Source: a virus (taxonomy: Duplodnaviria > Caudoviricetes). Taken from it: a DNA stretch of 64,000 nucleotides. Location of the stretch: IMG/VR virus record IMGVR_UViG_3300028591_000071; one strand, written 5' to 3'. A model generated the notes under the pieces. It was given only the letters and a program-made list of their open reading frames with translations, was not told the DNA's origin and did not search any database. This document shows, piece by piece, positions 10,742-20,791 of the stretch (position 1 is the stretch's first letter; every line of letters begins with the position of its first letter). The position numbers and the translations under genes were made by a program.

Positions 10742-11153
10742 TTTTTCTATTACCAATCTCTTTGTTCTCTTTCTCATTGACCTTGAAGAAATATTGAGCT
10801 AGTATTTCTGACTCTACTATTTTAGGGTCTTCATTCTCTTCACATGTGTATAGTGCAAGATAGTCAGGTTTATATTTGCTTATCTTGGGGAACTTATCAT
10901 GTTCATGTGGGCGGTCATCAAAATCATCTGACTTCCCAAGATAAACTAAAGAATGATTGCACTTCATCCAACTATTCCCATTGTCAACAATACCTTCAAC
11001 CTTTGCAATGCACTTTGAGAAAGAATAGATTCCTTTCCCACCAGTTGTATCTAACGGTTCATCAAATGAAAACCCCTCAATAGAGTATAGTTGAAACTTT
11101 TTCCCACACATTGTGTAAGTGCGACCTTCAAGTTTTTGGGGAATGAATGACAT
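10722..11153 (-). CDS. Small GIY-YIG-like nuclease
   Basis: KGIYSF...LVYLGKS...R...H...E...N; Bacteroidetes -7 element TATATTTG on the minus strand at ~11171-11178. Confidence 0.65.
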   Translation of the reverse strand: MSFIPQKLEGRTYTMCGKKFQLYSIEGFSFDEPLDTTGGKGIYSFSKCIAKVEGIVDNGNSWMKCNHSLVYLGKSDDFDDRPHEHDKFPKISKYKPDYLALYTCEENEDPKIVESEILAQYFFKVNEKENKEIGNRKTTVVED

Positions 11154-11258
11154 AATTGTTGCTTTTTGGGCAAATATAATGAAAAACCACAGAAGATATA
11201 ATCAACTGTGGTTTTGTATATTCATATTGTGGACAACAGGTATATAGTTCCTTTTTTT

Positions 11259-11927
11259 TTATTTTATTGTCGTTATGTAGTTCTTAATAGCGTTTGCGAC
11301 CGCTTCTTTAATTATTCCTTCATTTATTTCAGGATGATTTCGTTTGTATTCACCAAGCGCTGCCGCTACTAATTGTCCGTCGGCTTTGCTCATAAGCCGT
11401 CCGTTTGTTACCTGTGCTTGAATGTCGGCAACAGGCCTCGCTTGTTTTGGCTGAAAACCTCTTTTAGTCGCTGCAGGTTGTGCTTGTGGAGCGGTTTGTG
11501 CCACATCGGGATTTCCTGTAGGTTCAATTTGATTCTGTTGCTGTGGTACGGATTGTCCCTGTGTGTTCTGTTGCCTGCCTTGAGTTGTTTGCCCAGCCTT
11601 ATCCCTTGTCCACTGCCTTGCGTTAGCATTTCTTGTTACAGTATTATTATATCGTTGAGCGGCATATTCTTGTCCATTAAGATTTCTGAATTCATCTCCG
11701 TTATTGTATTTGGAGTATGGGTCGTAATTCATATTTTGATATCTCTGATAATTTCTTCCGGCATTGAAATCTCCCTTGAAATTATTCCACTTATTTCTCG
11801 CCCATTGATAAGCGTTTCCAAGGGTATGTCCAAGACCCTCGTCTTCCATTGCTTCGTTAATGGCTTCAATTATACTTTCTTTTATGATGCGATTAAGTCT
11901 TTCTTCGCTTATAACAACTTTTGCCAT
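11259..11927 (-). CDS. Putative internal head protein
   Basis: N-terminal KVVISEERLNRIIKESIIEAINE and C-terminal INEGIIKEAV motifs; late motif at 11948. Confidence 0.75.
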   Translation of the reverse strand: MAKVVISEERLNRIIKESIIEAINEAMEDEGLGHTLGNAYQWARNKWNNFKGDFNAGRNYQRYQNMNYDPYSKYNNGDEFRNLNGQEYAAQRYNNTVTRNANARQWTRDKAGQTTQGRQQNTQGQSVPQQQNQIEPTGNPDVAQTAPQAQPAATKRGFQPKQARPVADIQAQVTNGRLMSKADGQLVAAALGEYKRNHPEINEGIIKEAVANAIKNYITTIK

Positions 11928-12018
11928 ATTACCACATTTTTATACAAATAAATATCTTGGAAGACCAAAATAGTTGACTTTATGCCGTTATTTTTTATTT
12001 TTCTAATAAAATACTACT

Positions 12019-12240
12019 ATGGAGAAAGCGGATATTTCCAAAGTGTCACTCGGTGACCTTGTCAATTACGAAAAACTTATCAAAAGCGTAATACTGAGTT
12101 ACGAAAACAGCATAAAGATGTATGACGGTTCAATTAAGACCGATAATATTGAATATCAGAAATATGAGAGACTTAACAAGATATATAAGAAAATCCTTGT
12201 TGAGTCAGAAAAAAGGATTTTGGAAACATGGGAAAAGTAG
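12019..12240 (+). CDS. Hypothetical protein
   Basis: 73-aa ORF heading an operon. Confidence 0.65.
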   Translation: MEKADISKVSLGDLVNYEKLIKSVILSYENSIKMYDGSIKTDNIEYQKYERLNKIYKKILVESEKRILETWEK

Positions 12241-13232
12241 GAACCAACCTGAAATTACTTATACATTCCCTCTTCTACGGAATGAAATCTGCCGACGACC
12301 TGATGCAGACTCAGGCGAGCGACGGAGATTCCATCATTGTTCAGCAACAAATTGGCGGAGGCGGAGTATTCGCAGATATGCTTGAGCAGAAACTGACTAA
12401 GGAAGTCGAGGAAATCCGCGACAAGCATTACCGCGTTCTTAAGGAGGCCGATAAATATTCAGCAAAGGATATGACGCTTGAAGAAGTTGAAATAATAAAC
12501 GAAAGCGGACAGCCCGAGACCGTTCTTGTGTTTTCAGGAAATGTGAAAAAAAAGACAAAGGAAGACTTTATGAAGCATGCATCCGTTTTCGAGAAAGAGG
12601 GTAACTATCTTTTAAGGGTTATTCAGGACAACAAGCAATACGAGAAGCAGTCAAGTTTCAACAATGTGTACATCCCAACCGGCCTTTACGACTATGATGT
12701 TCTTTTGACGATAGAACGAAACGGGATAATCCCAAGGTTCGAGATAGAGAAATTCGTGAAGAAGATTGTTGTCAGGAATAAGATTGGAACAGACCGTGCC
12801 GAGGTTGATTTATATCTTCCGTCAGAAGCCGGTCAGTTTTCAAAGACTGACGCAATTCTAATTTCAAACCTTTTTGCAATGTTTGAGTCTAAGAACTTGA
12901 AATCGGACATAACGGATTTTTGTGGGATACAATGGAACTGCGATAAAGCGTGGAACGCGGATGACCTATGCTTATTCAAATATGACGATGTTAAGCCGTT
13001 GGAGATAAATGTCTTTGACGGAAATTTCGTTATCACATTTGATTGTCATATAGTAGAAGACGGGACTGACATAACAGAAAAGTTTAAGACAAAAGACCTC
13101 GACGAAAAATATGAGAAGAAGGCAACCAAGCAGAAAGCCACGGACCTTTTCACGGCGAAGAGAAGAATAGACAGGGAAGAAAAAGAGGAGATTGATTTGA
13201 ATAACATGGGCGACACAACGCTTCAATTATAA
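12228..13232 (+). CDS. Hypothetical protein
   Basis: 334-aa ORF. Confidence 0.8.
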   Translation: MGKVGTNLKLLIHSLFYGMKSADDLMQTQASDGDSIIVQQQIGGGGVFADMLEQKLTKEVEEIRDKHYRVLKEADKYSAKDMTLEEVEIINESGQPETVLVFSGNVKKKTKEDFMKHASVFEKEGNYLLRVIQDNKQYEKQSSFNNVYIPTGLYDYDVLLTIERNGIIPRFEIEKFVKKIVVRNKIGTDRAEVDLYLPSEAGQFSKTDAILISNLFAMFESKNLKSDITDFCGIQWNCDKAWNADDLCLFKYDDVKPLEINVFDGNFVITFDCHIVEDGTDITEKFKTKDLDEKYEKKATKQKATDLFTAKRRIDREEKEEIDLNNMGDTTLQL

Positions 13233-13243
13233 AATTAGAAAAG

Positions 13244-13837
13244 ATGAAGATAGCAATAGATTTGAATGATGTTGTGAGAGATTTCTCCAACAATTTTGTG
13301 AGATATTATATTGAAGGGTACGACCATGAGTTTGACCTTTCAAACTTTGAGTTTTGGGACCAAGACCCTCAGGCAGTGTTTCCATTTAAGAGCAAACAGT
13401 CATATTATAATTTCGTTTATAATGATTTTGCTTTTGAACTTTATGGGAAGTGCGGATTCTGTACAAAGAACATAGTGCCAGAATTGAACGATTGGACCGA
13501 AAAAACAATAAAGGAACTTGATGTTGATGAGGACATTGAAGTTATGTTCGTATCTCCGTTTGAATATGGCCTGTCAATTGGCAATACCTATTATTTCATT
13601 TCAAAGATGGGAACGAAGGTAAGGGAAGTGTATCTTCCAACAGATTCAACTACGATATGGGATAAGTGCGATGTGCTTATCACTGCAAATCCGAAACTTC
13701 TCGCGTCAAAGCCTGAAGGTAAGGTAAGCATAAAAATAAAAGCCGATTATAATGGTGAATCAGAAGCGGACTATACATACAAAGACCTTAGTTCGTTCAT
13801 TACTAATACGGAAAACTTAGAAAAATTGATTGGCTGA
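13244..13837 (+). CDS. HAD-superfamily 5'(3')-deoxyribonucleotidase-like protein
   Basis: N-terminal IAIDLNDVVRD (variant DxD motif); DVLIT...KADYN. Confidence 0.65.
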   Translation: MKIAIDLNDVVRDFSNNFVRYYIEGYDHEFDLSNFEFWDQDPQAVFPFKSKQSYYNFVYNDFAFELYGKCGFCTKNIVPELNDWTEKTIKELDVDEDIEVMFVSPFEYGLSIGNTYYFISKMGTKVREVYLPTDSTTIWDKCDVLITANPKLLASKPEGKVSIKIKADYNGESEADYTYKDLSSFITNTENLEKLIG

Positions 13838-13838
13838 T

Positions 13839-14204
13839 ATGATTAGGAAACAAACACAGAAATACATAAAGTTTGATAAACGAGCTTTTGTAATTGACCT
13901 TGATGCGTTCAAGGCCGTATGCACTCCGTCAACAAAGGAACTTGGGACAAGAGAGTATGAAATATCACAGATATACGAGAGTGCTGATAACGGAGAGTTA
14001 AATCTTTCGCAAAAAGTCGAACACGAGACGAAGGGCAACGGAAATCCGCAAAACGACATGATTGTTTATGATGTTGTGAAAATGCTCATTGTTTCATTAC
14101 TTGAAAACGACAAAATTGAAGCCGAGTTCGAATATGACTTTGGAACGGTATTCGCAATAAATACCCTGCTATCATGGGGAGTATTAAAGGAAATAAATGA
14201 ATAA
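13839..14204 (+). CDS. Hypothetical protein
   Basis: ATG directly after the upstream stop. Confidence 0.75.
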   Translation: MIRKQTQKYIKFDKRAFVIDLDAFKAVCTPSTKELGTREYEISQIYESADNGELNLSQKVEHETKGNGNPQNDMIVYDVVKMLIVSLLENDKIEAEFEYDFGTVFAINTLLSWGVLKEINE

Positions 14205-14215
14205 TAGATAGAAGT

Positions 14216-15310
14216 ATGACTAAAGAAGAAAAAATCAAAGTGGTTGAAGAGAACATAGAAAGAATCGAGAAGAATGATTTTTCAATCTATTTCTTTGTTC
14301 TTGACACGAAGGGAAATCCTTCAAGTGCTCTTGAGTACATTTACGGAACTGCACTTGAACTTAGCAAAGCCGGATACAATGTCAAACTCCTTCACAATGA
14401 AAAGGATTTTGTTGGCGTAGGAGATTGGCTTGGAGAGGAATATGCAAACCTTCCGCACGCAAATGTAGAAAAGGAAAATGTTGAGATAACGGCAAGCGAT
14501 TTCTTGTTTATTCCTGAAATTTTTGCCAATGTCATGATGCAGACCATAAAACTTCCTTGCAAGAGGGTTATTTTGGTTCAGAACGCTGATAACATCACTG
14601 AGTTCATGCCCGTTTCTCAGGATTTGGACAGACTTGGAATCACAGATGCTATTGTAACTACGAAGTTGAACGAGGAAAAACTTACCACATATTTTCCTGG
14701 AGTAAGAACGCACCTTGTTCAGCCTGCAATCAAGAGCATGTTCCACAGAGATGATAAACCACAGAATCTTATTATCAATGTCGTTGCAAAGGACCAGACA
14801 ATCGTCAACAGGATAGTGAAGCCGTTCTATTGGAAGAATCCTGTTTATAAGTTCGTATCGTTCAGAGACCTCAGGGGCGTTACTCAGGAAGTGTTTGCAG
14901 AAGCGCTCAGGGATGCAGCCGTTACGATATGGGTTGATGACGAAACCCCATTCGGATATACGCTATTGGAAAGCCTTAAGAGCGGAAGCATCGTTCTTGC
15001 AAAGGTTCCTGACAAGCCGACAGATTGGATGCTTGATGCAGATGGCAATCTTTCTGAATCAATCATATGGTTCGACGATGTTGATGCTGTTTCAGACATG
15101 ATTTCTTCAGTGGTCAGAAGTTGGACAAGGTTTGAAATTCCAAACGAAATCTATGAGGCGCAGAAAGCATTCGACGACCTATACACCGAGGATGTTCAGG
15201 CGAACATAATCAAACAAGTTTACGGGAAGGAATTGATTGAAAGAAGGCTCAATGATTTCAAGGAAGTACTTGCCGAGTTGAAAAATAATAATGAAGAAGA
15301 AAATGACTAA
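14216..15310 (+). CDS. GT-B fold glycosyltransferase-like protein
   Basis: DFLFIPEIF; ETPFGYTLLESLKSG resembles the GT4 E-x7-E region. Confidence 0.7.
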   Translation: MTKEEKIKVVEENIERIEKNDFSIYFFVLDTKGNPSSALEYIYGTALELSKAGYNVKLLHNEKDFVGVGDWLGEEYANLPHANVEKENVEITASDFLFIPEIFANVMMQTIKLPCKRVILVQNADNITEFMPVSQDLDRLGITDAIVTTKLNEEKLTTYFPGVRTHLVQPAIKSMFHRDDKPQNLIINVVAKDQTIVNRIVKPFYWKNPVYKFVSFRDLRGVTQEVFAEALRDAAVTIWVDDETPFGYTLLESLKSGSIVLAKVPDKPTDWMLDADGNLSESIIWFDDVDAVSDMISSVVRSWTRFEIPNEIYEAQKAFDDLYTEDVQANIIKQVYGKELIERRLNDFKEVLAELKNNNEEEND

Positions 15311-15313
15311 GAG

Positions 15314-16072
15314 ATGAAGGATATAACTTTTATTTTCCCGTTATTTGAATTGAACACAAAGGAAAAAGTCGAAAGGTTAAACGCGGCGGTTAAGAGTCTT
15401 GGAAAGTCAGCAAAGAACATTATCTTCGTAGGCTCAAAGGAAGACTTGGAGGCTGCCCCTAATAAAGGCGACAAACTTGAAAATACAACAGAAGATTTTT
15501 CATACGCCAATCAGGTTATGCTTGCAGTAAAGGTCGTTAAAACGAAATACTTCAGCGTAATAGAACAAGATGATGAAGCGAATGAAAAGTGGTTTAATTA
15601 TCTTAACGAATATTTCAAGACCGATAACGATGAGATTTTTGCTTATCTTCCGCTGACAGAAATTGTTGATAACACTGATGGCAAAACCATTGGATATGCA
15701 AACGAGCCGTTTTGGGCCACATCATTCTCTGAGAATGTAGGATTCTTGGACCTACCGTCAATGGAGGATTATGTTGGATTCAATGTATCCGGTGCAGTAT
15801 TCAAGACGAGTGAATTCTTGGCACTTGGCGGCCTCAAGACTTCAATGAAACTTACATTTTGGTATGAATTCATACTTAGGGCCCTTTACAAGATGAAGAA
15901 GATGTTCGTTGTACCGAGAGTCGGTTACTATCATAAAATAAATGTGGATGACAGCCTTTCAAGCAAGTATGCCGCTTCAATGTCAGAGAAAGAGGCAGAA
16001 TGGTGGCTTGAACTCGCAAAGAAGGAGTATTTCTTCCCACAAGACAGAAACAAGACATACGAAGAAGAATAA
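15314..16072 (+). CDS. GT-A fold (GT2-like) glycosyltransferase
   Basis: ITFIFP start, TKYFSVIEQDD, GAVFKT..FLALGG, VPRVGYYH. Confidence 0.7.
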   Translation: MKDITFIFPLFELNTKEKVERLNAAVKSLGKSAKNIIFVGSKEDLEAAPNKGDKLENTTEDFSYANQVMLAVKVVKTKYFSVIEQDDEANEKWFNYLNEYFKTDNDEIFAYLPLTEIVDNTDGKTIGYANEPFWATSFSENVGFLDLPSMEDYVGFNVSGAVFKTSEFLALGGLKTSMKLTFWYEFILRALYKMKKMFVVPRVGYYHKINVDDSLSSKYAASMSEKEAEWWLELAKKEYFFPQDRNKTYEEE

Positions 16073-16205
16073 GCACAATGCAAATGGGGGATTTCGTATC
16101 CCCCTTTTGGACATCATTGGTAAGGCTCTTCTAAAGGGTGTTTTGAGGAAAGTGCGCGTATCGCGCAGATAGGATGTTCGCGGAGTGGAATAATACCGCG
16201 TTCTA

Positions 16206-17174
16206 ATGGCAAAAAGAGGAAGAAAACCGAAAGAGGAAAGGAAAGGTTATTTTTACGAAGAAGAAGAAAATGCAATAGTAAGATATGTAAACGAAACGGA
16301 CGAATCGGAAAAGAATAAGATATTCAATACAATTTTGTATCCCGCATTGACGAAGATGATTGAATCAATTATAAGGAGATATAAATTGTTTGTTCCAGAC
16401 GAGGAGTTTGAACAGAATTTTAATGATACGATTTCATATCTGTTGACGAAGATAAAACATTTCAGGCCAGTCATAACTGCTTATTTCCCGTATGAAGGTA
16501 ACACAGACGGGATTAATTTTGTTGAAATGAGCAAGGAAGAATTCTCGAAGAAAAGGAGAGATGCCACGAAAGACGACCCGAAATATATAAAAGTAGTAAG
16601 AGGTGATTGGAGAGAAGGACTATACCCAGTAGAAATACAGGTAATCGAAGGAATATTGGAAAAGGAACCCAATTTTTGCGGTCCCCCATTCCGTCTTTAC
16701 AAACTTGAAACAAAACATTATAAGGCATATTCATACTGCGGAACCGTATGCAAAAATTACCTAATGTATAAATGTACGCAGTATAACAAGAAAAGAATGA
16801 GAAATACTCCTTATGATGAAGTGTTTGAAGAAATAAGTAACAGCGAGAGATATACGACTGAGGAAGAAAGTTACTCAACTGTGGCGGAAAGGCTCGTCAA
16901 GGATATATCAAACGAAATAGAGAGGATGATTGAACACCGCGAAGAAAATGAATTATCGGAAGATGAGGTAATCGTAGGAAATGCGTTGGTAAATCTGTTA
17001 CGGAATTGGGAAGACGTACTTCCGTCAGGCGGGAGCAATAAGTTACAGAAAAGTTCGGTCCTTTATTTTTTAAGGGAAGAAACAATGATGACGACAAAAG
17101 AGGTCAGGGATAACATGCGAAAATTCAAAGCGGCCTTTGGGGTATTAAAACAGATGGAATTAGACGATAGATAA
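16206..17174 (+). CDS. Putative late-transcription sigma factor (gp55-like) with an internal insertion
   Basis: LTKMIESIIRRY...ISYLLTKIKHF...KAYSYCGTVCKNYL resembles sigma region 2 of T4-like late sigma factors. Confidence 0.6.
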   Translation: MAKRGRKPKEERKGYFYEEEENAIVRYVNETDESEKNKIFNTILYPALTKMIESIIRRYKLFVPDEEFEQNFNDTISYLLTKIKHFRPVITAYFPYEGNTDGINFVEMSKEEFSKKRRDATKDDPKYIKVVRGDWREGLYPVEIQVIEGILEKEPNFCGPPFRLYKLETKHYKAYSYCGTVCKNYLMYKCTQYNKKRMRNTPYDEVFEEISNSERYTTEEESYSTVAERLVKDISNEIERMIEHREENELSEDEVIVGNALVNLLRNWEDVLPSGGSNKLQKSSVLYFLREETMMTTKEVRDNMRKFKAAFGVLKQMELDDR

Positions 17175-17208
17175 TTGACTAATCTCTATTTATTTGAAAA
17201 GAAAAGAC

Positions 17209-17598
17209 ATGGAAACAAAAAGATATAAGGTCAAACTGAATTCCGTAGAAAAAATAGAGGAATTGCTTCAGGAAATATATGACCAAGCGTGCAGGCAAAT
17301 AAACGCAATCGAAAACGAAATAAATAAATTGACAAACTCAACGAATCTTGGGTCCGATGAAATAACAATGGAAGACAAGGCCAAATATTCAAAGGCTATC
17401 CATGATTTTGTGGGGGACAAGACAAAAGCAATCTCACAGAAATTTGAAGTTGCCAAATTCATGGGTGAACTTATCAAGAAAAGCGGCGATGCTGCTGCAG
17501 TTGTCAATGATAAAAATTTTGCAAAGAGAACATCGTTGAACTTGGATGAGATAAGGGATGCGATGAATGACGATACAGAAACATATAATTTGAAATGA
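17209..17598 (+). CDS. Hypothetical late protein
   Basis: ATG 17209 after late motif at 17186. Confidence 0.75.
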   Translation: METKRYKVKLNSVEKIEELLQEIYDQACRQINAIENEINKLTNSTNLGSDEITMEDKAKYSKAIHDFVGDKTKAISQKFEVAKFMGELIKKSGDAAAVVNDKNFAKRTSLNLDEIRDAMNDDTETYNLK

Positions 17599-20210
17599 AC
17601 GCAAATTCACCAGCCAGAGTAATTAGCATGATAGATGCTATGAGAACGCTCACGGAAAATTTTCCGATGAGCATTCTTGATATTAGGCAAGGTACAACAT
17701 ATACATCTATCTTCATGTTCCTTATAGATGTTCTTCAGGCATGTGGTGTCAATATATATGATATTGTCAGCAGATTGTTTGAATCGGTATATGGGATAGG
17801 CGTGAAGTTGGATGGTGGAATCGCAACAATTTATGACACTATTGACAAGATAGACATAAATGAACAGAGCAAATTGCTTCAGGTGATAGAGGATGGAATA
17901 AAGGACATCATATTAGCCCTTCTTACAAGCATATTCACCTGTTCGGCGAATCCTGTCATACCTAATTGGTGTATGGACTATTCGGAAGGGTTGGATGAGC
18001 CCGACTTATCAAAATTTAAAACTTACATTGATAACGCAAAATCGCTCGCGAACGAATGCTGTGGCATAGAAATACCCGTTGGACTTTTTGATTTTTATGG
18101 GGCTATGTCGGTGAATCCATTTTCGGAAGAAGGCAAACTTTATTTCAATATAGAAGGCGGGGATAAATTTTACGAGAAAAAGACGCAGAAAATAGTCATT
18201 GGATATGAAACCAATCCCGATGATAAGGTACAGAAGCCAAAGGACAAGAAATATGTAAAATTATATCTCGATTTCGGCGAGGGGCATGATGATGCAACCA
18301 ACGAATACAGGCTTACGGCGGAAGATGAATTGGTTTTTTGCTTAAGCGAACCGATAGAAGACACCCTTTATATAGTTGCGAATTATAGAGATGCTGATAA
18401 TATGTTCAGAACGGAAAGGTTTGAAATCAGACCTGGTGAAACAAAGAGCAATGTCTTCTTTATAAGTCCAACGAGTCCATTAATAAGAGACGGGGAAAGG
18501 GTGAAAGAATATTTAATCAACGCTGCCGCATCAACGGTTTCCTATCGTAATTCTGACACGGGAAAAATATTTTCAAAAGACGACATTGTCATTTATTGGG
18601 ACAGGGAAATGTCAAAAGACGTCATAAATTATTGGCATTCCGTTGAAAATGATTCCCTGACATCTGAAGAGGGCATACAATGGTATGAGATTTCAAAAGA
18701 TACCGAGGAATATGATGAGTTCAGTTTATCTGATTTTGGAACAGAAACTGAAATGGATTTCCTATATTATGAGGAAGTTGAGAAAAGGGATGAGGTTGCC
18801 ATAAGAGTTCCGGAAGTCCCTACAAATCCCACGGAAGATGACCCTGATTACATAGTATGTTACGAAGGACTTGACCCTAACACGATGTATAGGACCAATG
18901 ATATGGATGCATTTTTATGGTACATCTATAACAGGTCGAATTATGAGCCACAGTATGAAGACAACAAGAATGTATGGGACAGTAGGTATAGTGCAAGAAA
19001 AAAAGGTATTGAAAGAGAGGGGGACACTGAATGGAACTGTTGGCTGAACAGCAAGATAGACGAAAACGATACGTTCAAATTATATGAAGACTGTGAAAGC
19101 GAGAATCCACAAAAAGAAGTTGAAAACCCGGAGATATACCCAATTATTCATCTTGAAAGAAATAACGATTCGATAAGGGTGTTATTCTCATCACAAACAT
19201 ATTTCAAGCCGAAATGGAAAAAAGATGAGGAAGATATTGACGGAAAGGTATTCAAATATTACAGGTTTAATGAAAATCTTTATCGTTTCAACAGGGATTA
19301 CCTGAACAACATACAGATACTCAATCCCAAAAGAATACTTTATGGAATGGTTGATTCGCTTCTTAATGGTGCCCTGACGGCCTTCCTTAGTGTAAGGCCC
19401 AACATCACCAAAAAGAAAACCGAAACCATGTTGTCACTGGCAATAAAAAAATATATTGAAGCCGAAGACGCCGAGGTTGAAGACTGTTATTTCACCTTCT
19501 CCAACGAGGAATTTGATGAAATGCTTAATGAGATGTTATTGGCAAGGTATTCGGCAACATATATGGGCGGAGAAGCAAACCTGACGAAAACCCATGACAT
19601 AATAGAATATATAAACACTATTGACCAAGTAAATTTCACTTCTTCATCAGACGGCGAGATAACGAAGATAAACAAAATAGTAACGGAAGTTACAACAACA
19701 CCATCGGTAGAAGGGTCAATAGATTACGGGATTGAATTTTCAGTAGACAAAGGGCTTTGGAACAGGTTGGTGTGGGCTATGGCCCTTCCTATGATTGAGG
19801 CTTTGTTTACACCAAAGGTTGTCCTGTTGTTCTTGATAAATTTCAGAATAATGGGAATAGCGAATTATCATGACCTTCTTGACAATGAACAGTCAAAGAT
19901 AATCACGATTATAACCAATAAGATTTTCGTACTGGTACGTTCAATCATTTCATTTATAAAAGATAAGATAGCGGAAATCTTGTTTGACATGGCGGTTGAA
20001 AAAATGGGGCCGCTTGTTGCTGATTATCTGCTTATCATATTGAAGGAGAGGATGGATGCGTGGATAGGTCTCCTTAAATCAGCGTTAAGATGCTTGAGAC
20101 TCAACATAATCGGATTCAGAAGGAACAAAGAAATCGGTGCAATTGATGATGTTAATTATGCGGATATAATAAACGACCAAACAAGGCCGGAAACAAAGGA
20201 CGAGTGTTAA
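17595..20210 (+). CDS. Large structural (baseplate/tail-region) protein, function unknown
   Basis: 871-aa acidic ORF in a late operon leading to a gp5-like gene. Confidence 0.6.
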   Translation: MNANSPARVISMIDAMRTLTENFPMSILDIRQGTTYTSIFMFLIDVLQACGVNIYDIVSRLFESVYGIGVKLDGGIATIYDTIDKIDINEQSKLLQVIEDGIKDIILALLTSIFTCSANPVIPNWCMDYSEGLDEPDLSKFKTYIDNAKSLANECCGIEIPVGLFDFYGAMSVNPFSEEGKLYFNIEGGDKFYEKKTQKIVIGYETNPDDKVQKPKDKKYVKLYLDFGEGHDDATNEYRLTAEDELVFCLSEPIEDTLYIVANYRDADNMFRTERFEIRPGETKSNVFFISPTSPLIRDGERVKEYLINAAASTVSYRNSDTGKIFSKDDIVIYWDREMSKDVINYWHSVENDSLTSEEGIQWYEISKDTEEYDEFSLSDFGTETEMDFLYYEEVEKRDEVAIRVPEVPTNPTEDDPDYIVCYEGLDPNTMYRTNDMDAFLWYIYNRSNYEPQYEDNKNVWDSRYSARKKGIEREGDTEWNCWLNSKIDENDTFKLYEDCESENPQKEVENPEIYPIIHLERNNDSIRVLFSSQTYFKPKWKKDEEDIDGKVFKYYRFNENLYRFNRDYLNNIQILNPKRILYGMVDSLLNGALTAFLSVRPNITKKKTETMLSLAIKKYIEAEDAEVEDCYFTFSNEEFDEMLNEMLLARYSATYMGGEANLTKTHDIIEYINTIDQVNFTSSSDGEITKINKIVTEVTTTPSVEGSIDYGIEFSVDKGLWNRLVWAMALPMIEALFTPKVVLLFLINFRIMGIANYHDLLDNEQSKIITIITNKIFVLVRSIISFIKDKIAEILFDMAVEKMGPLVADYLLIILKERMDAWIGLLKSALRCLRLNIIGFRRNKEIGAIDDVNYADIINDQTRPETKDEC

Positions 20211-20211
20211 T

Positions 20212-20604
20212 ATGAATATTTCAAATATCGTTGATTTTTTAACAAGTAAACTTAATAATACGGAGGCTCCTGCGAGCACTTTGTCCCCAATTCTGTTAAA
20301 GGCGGCATCATTTTGCCGTCCAGGGCTTTCCGCTTATAAGATAACGGCAAATATAATAGAAAATAACAAACTGATAGGTATTCCAACGGGCCCGAATCCG
20401 GATGGGAGTGAAAATATGATAAATCAATATACTTACAATGTTGTAAAATGTATCGTTGATGCCTTGCAAAATGATGCGGCAGTACATGTTTCCATCCCAA
20501 TGGAATCATTGCTGATACAAGCGACGGGAGGAAATGCCGGCGGCCCTGTAGTATGTGTAGGAACCAACCTATTGGATTCAATAAGCAAAGGCGTAATAAG
20601 ATAA
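20212..20604 (+). CDS. Hypothetical structural protein
   Basis: 130 aa, GGNAGGPV; operonic. Confidence 0.7.
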   Translation: MNISNIVDFLTSKLNNTEAPASTLSPILLKAASFCRPGLSAYKITANIIENNKLIGIPTGPNPDGSENMINQYTYNVVKCIVDALQNDAAVHVSIPMESLLIQATGGNAGGPVVCVGTNLLDSISKGVIR

Positions 20605-20608
20605 AGAT

Positions 20609-20791
20609 ATGGAAGCAAAAGACTGTTCCGAATTGACAAACTCTGAACTAAAATTGTACATACAATCACTTGAAAATGAATTTTCAGCGATAAAAGCGAA
20701 GATAAAATTGCTTTGTGAAGATATGGAGAAGATTGAATCGCAATACGAATTGGCACAGAACGAAATAAACTTAAGGAAAACGATATTCTAA
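20609..20791 (+). CDS. Small coiled-coil protein
   Basis: 60 aa; stop overlaps the next ATG. Confidence 0.6.
   Translation: MEAKDCSELTNSELKLYIQSLENEFSAIKAKIKLLCEDMEKIESQYELAQNEINLRKTIF

Larger units (their letters stand above)
9965..11251. mobile_element. Internally deleted IS1595-family element (non-autonomous cassette) carrying two passenger genes
   Basis: Perfect 25-bp terminal inverted repeats GGAACTATATACCTGTTGTCCACAA (9965-9989 / 11227-11251), T9 runs on both flanks, and a transposase C-terminal remnant. Confidence 0.85.
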
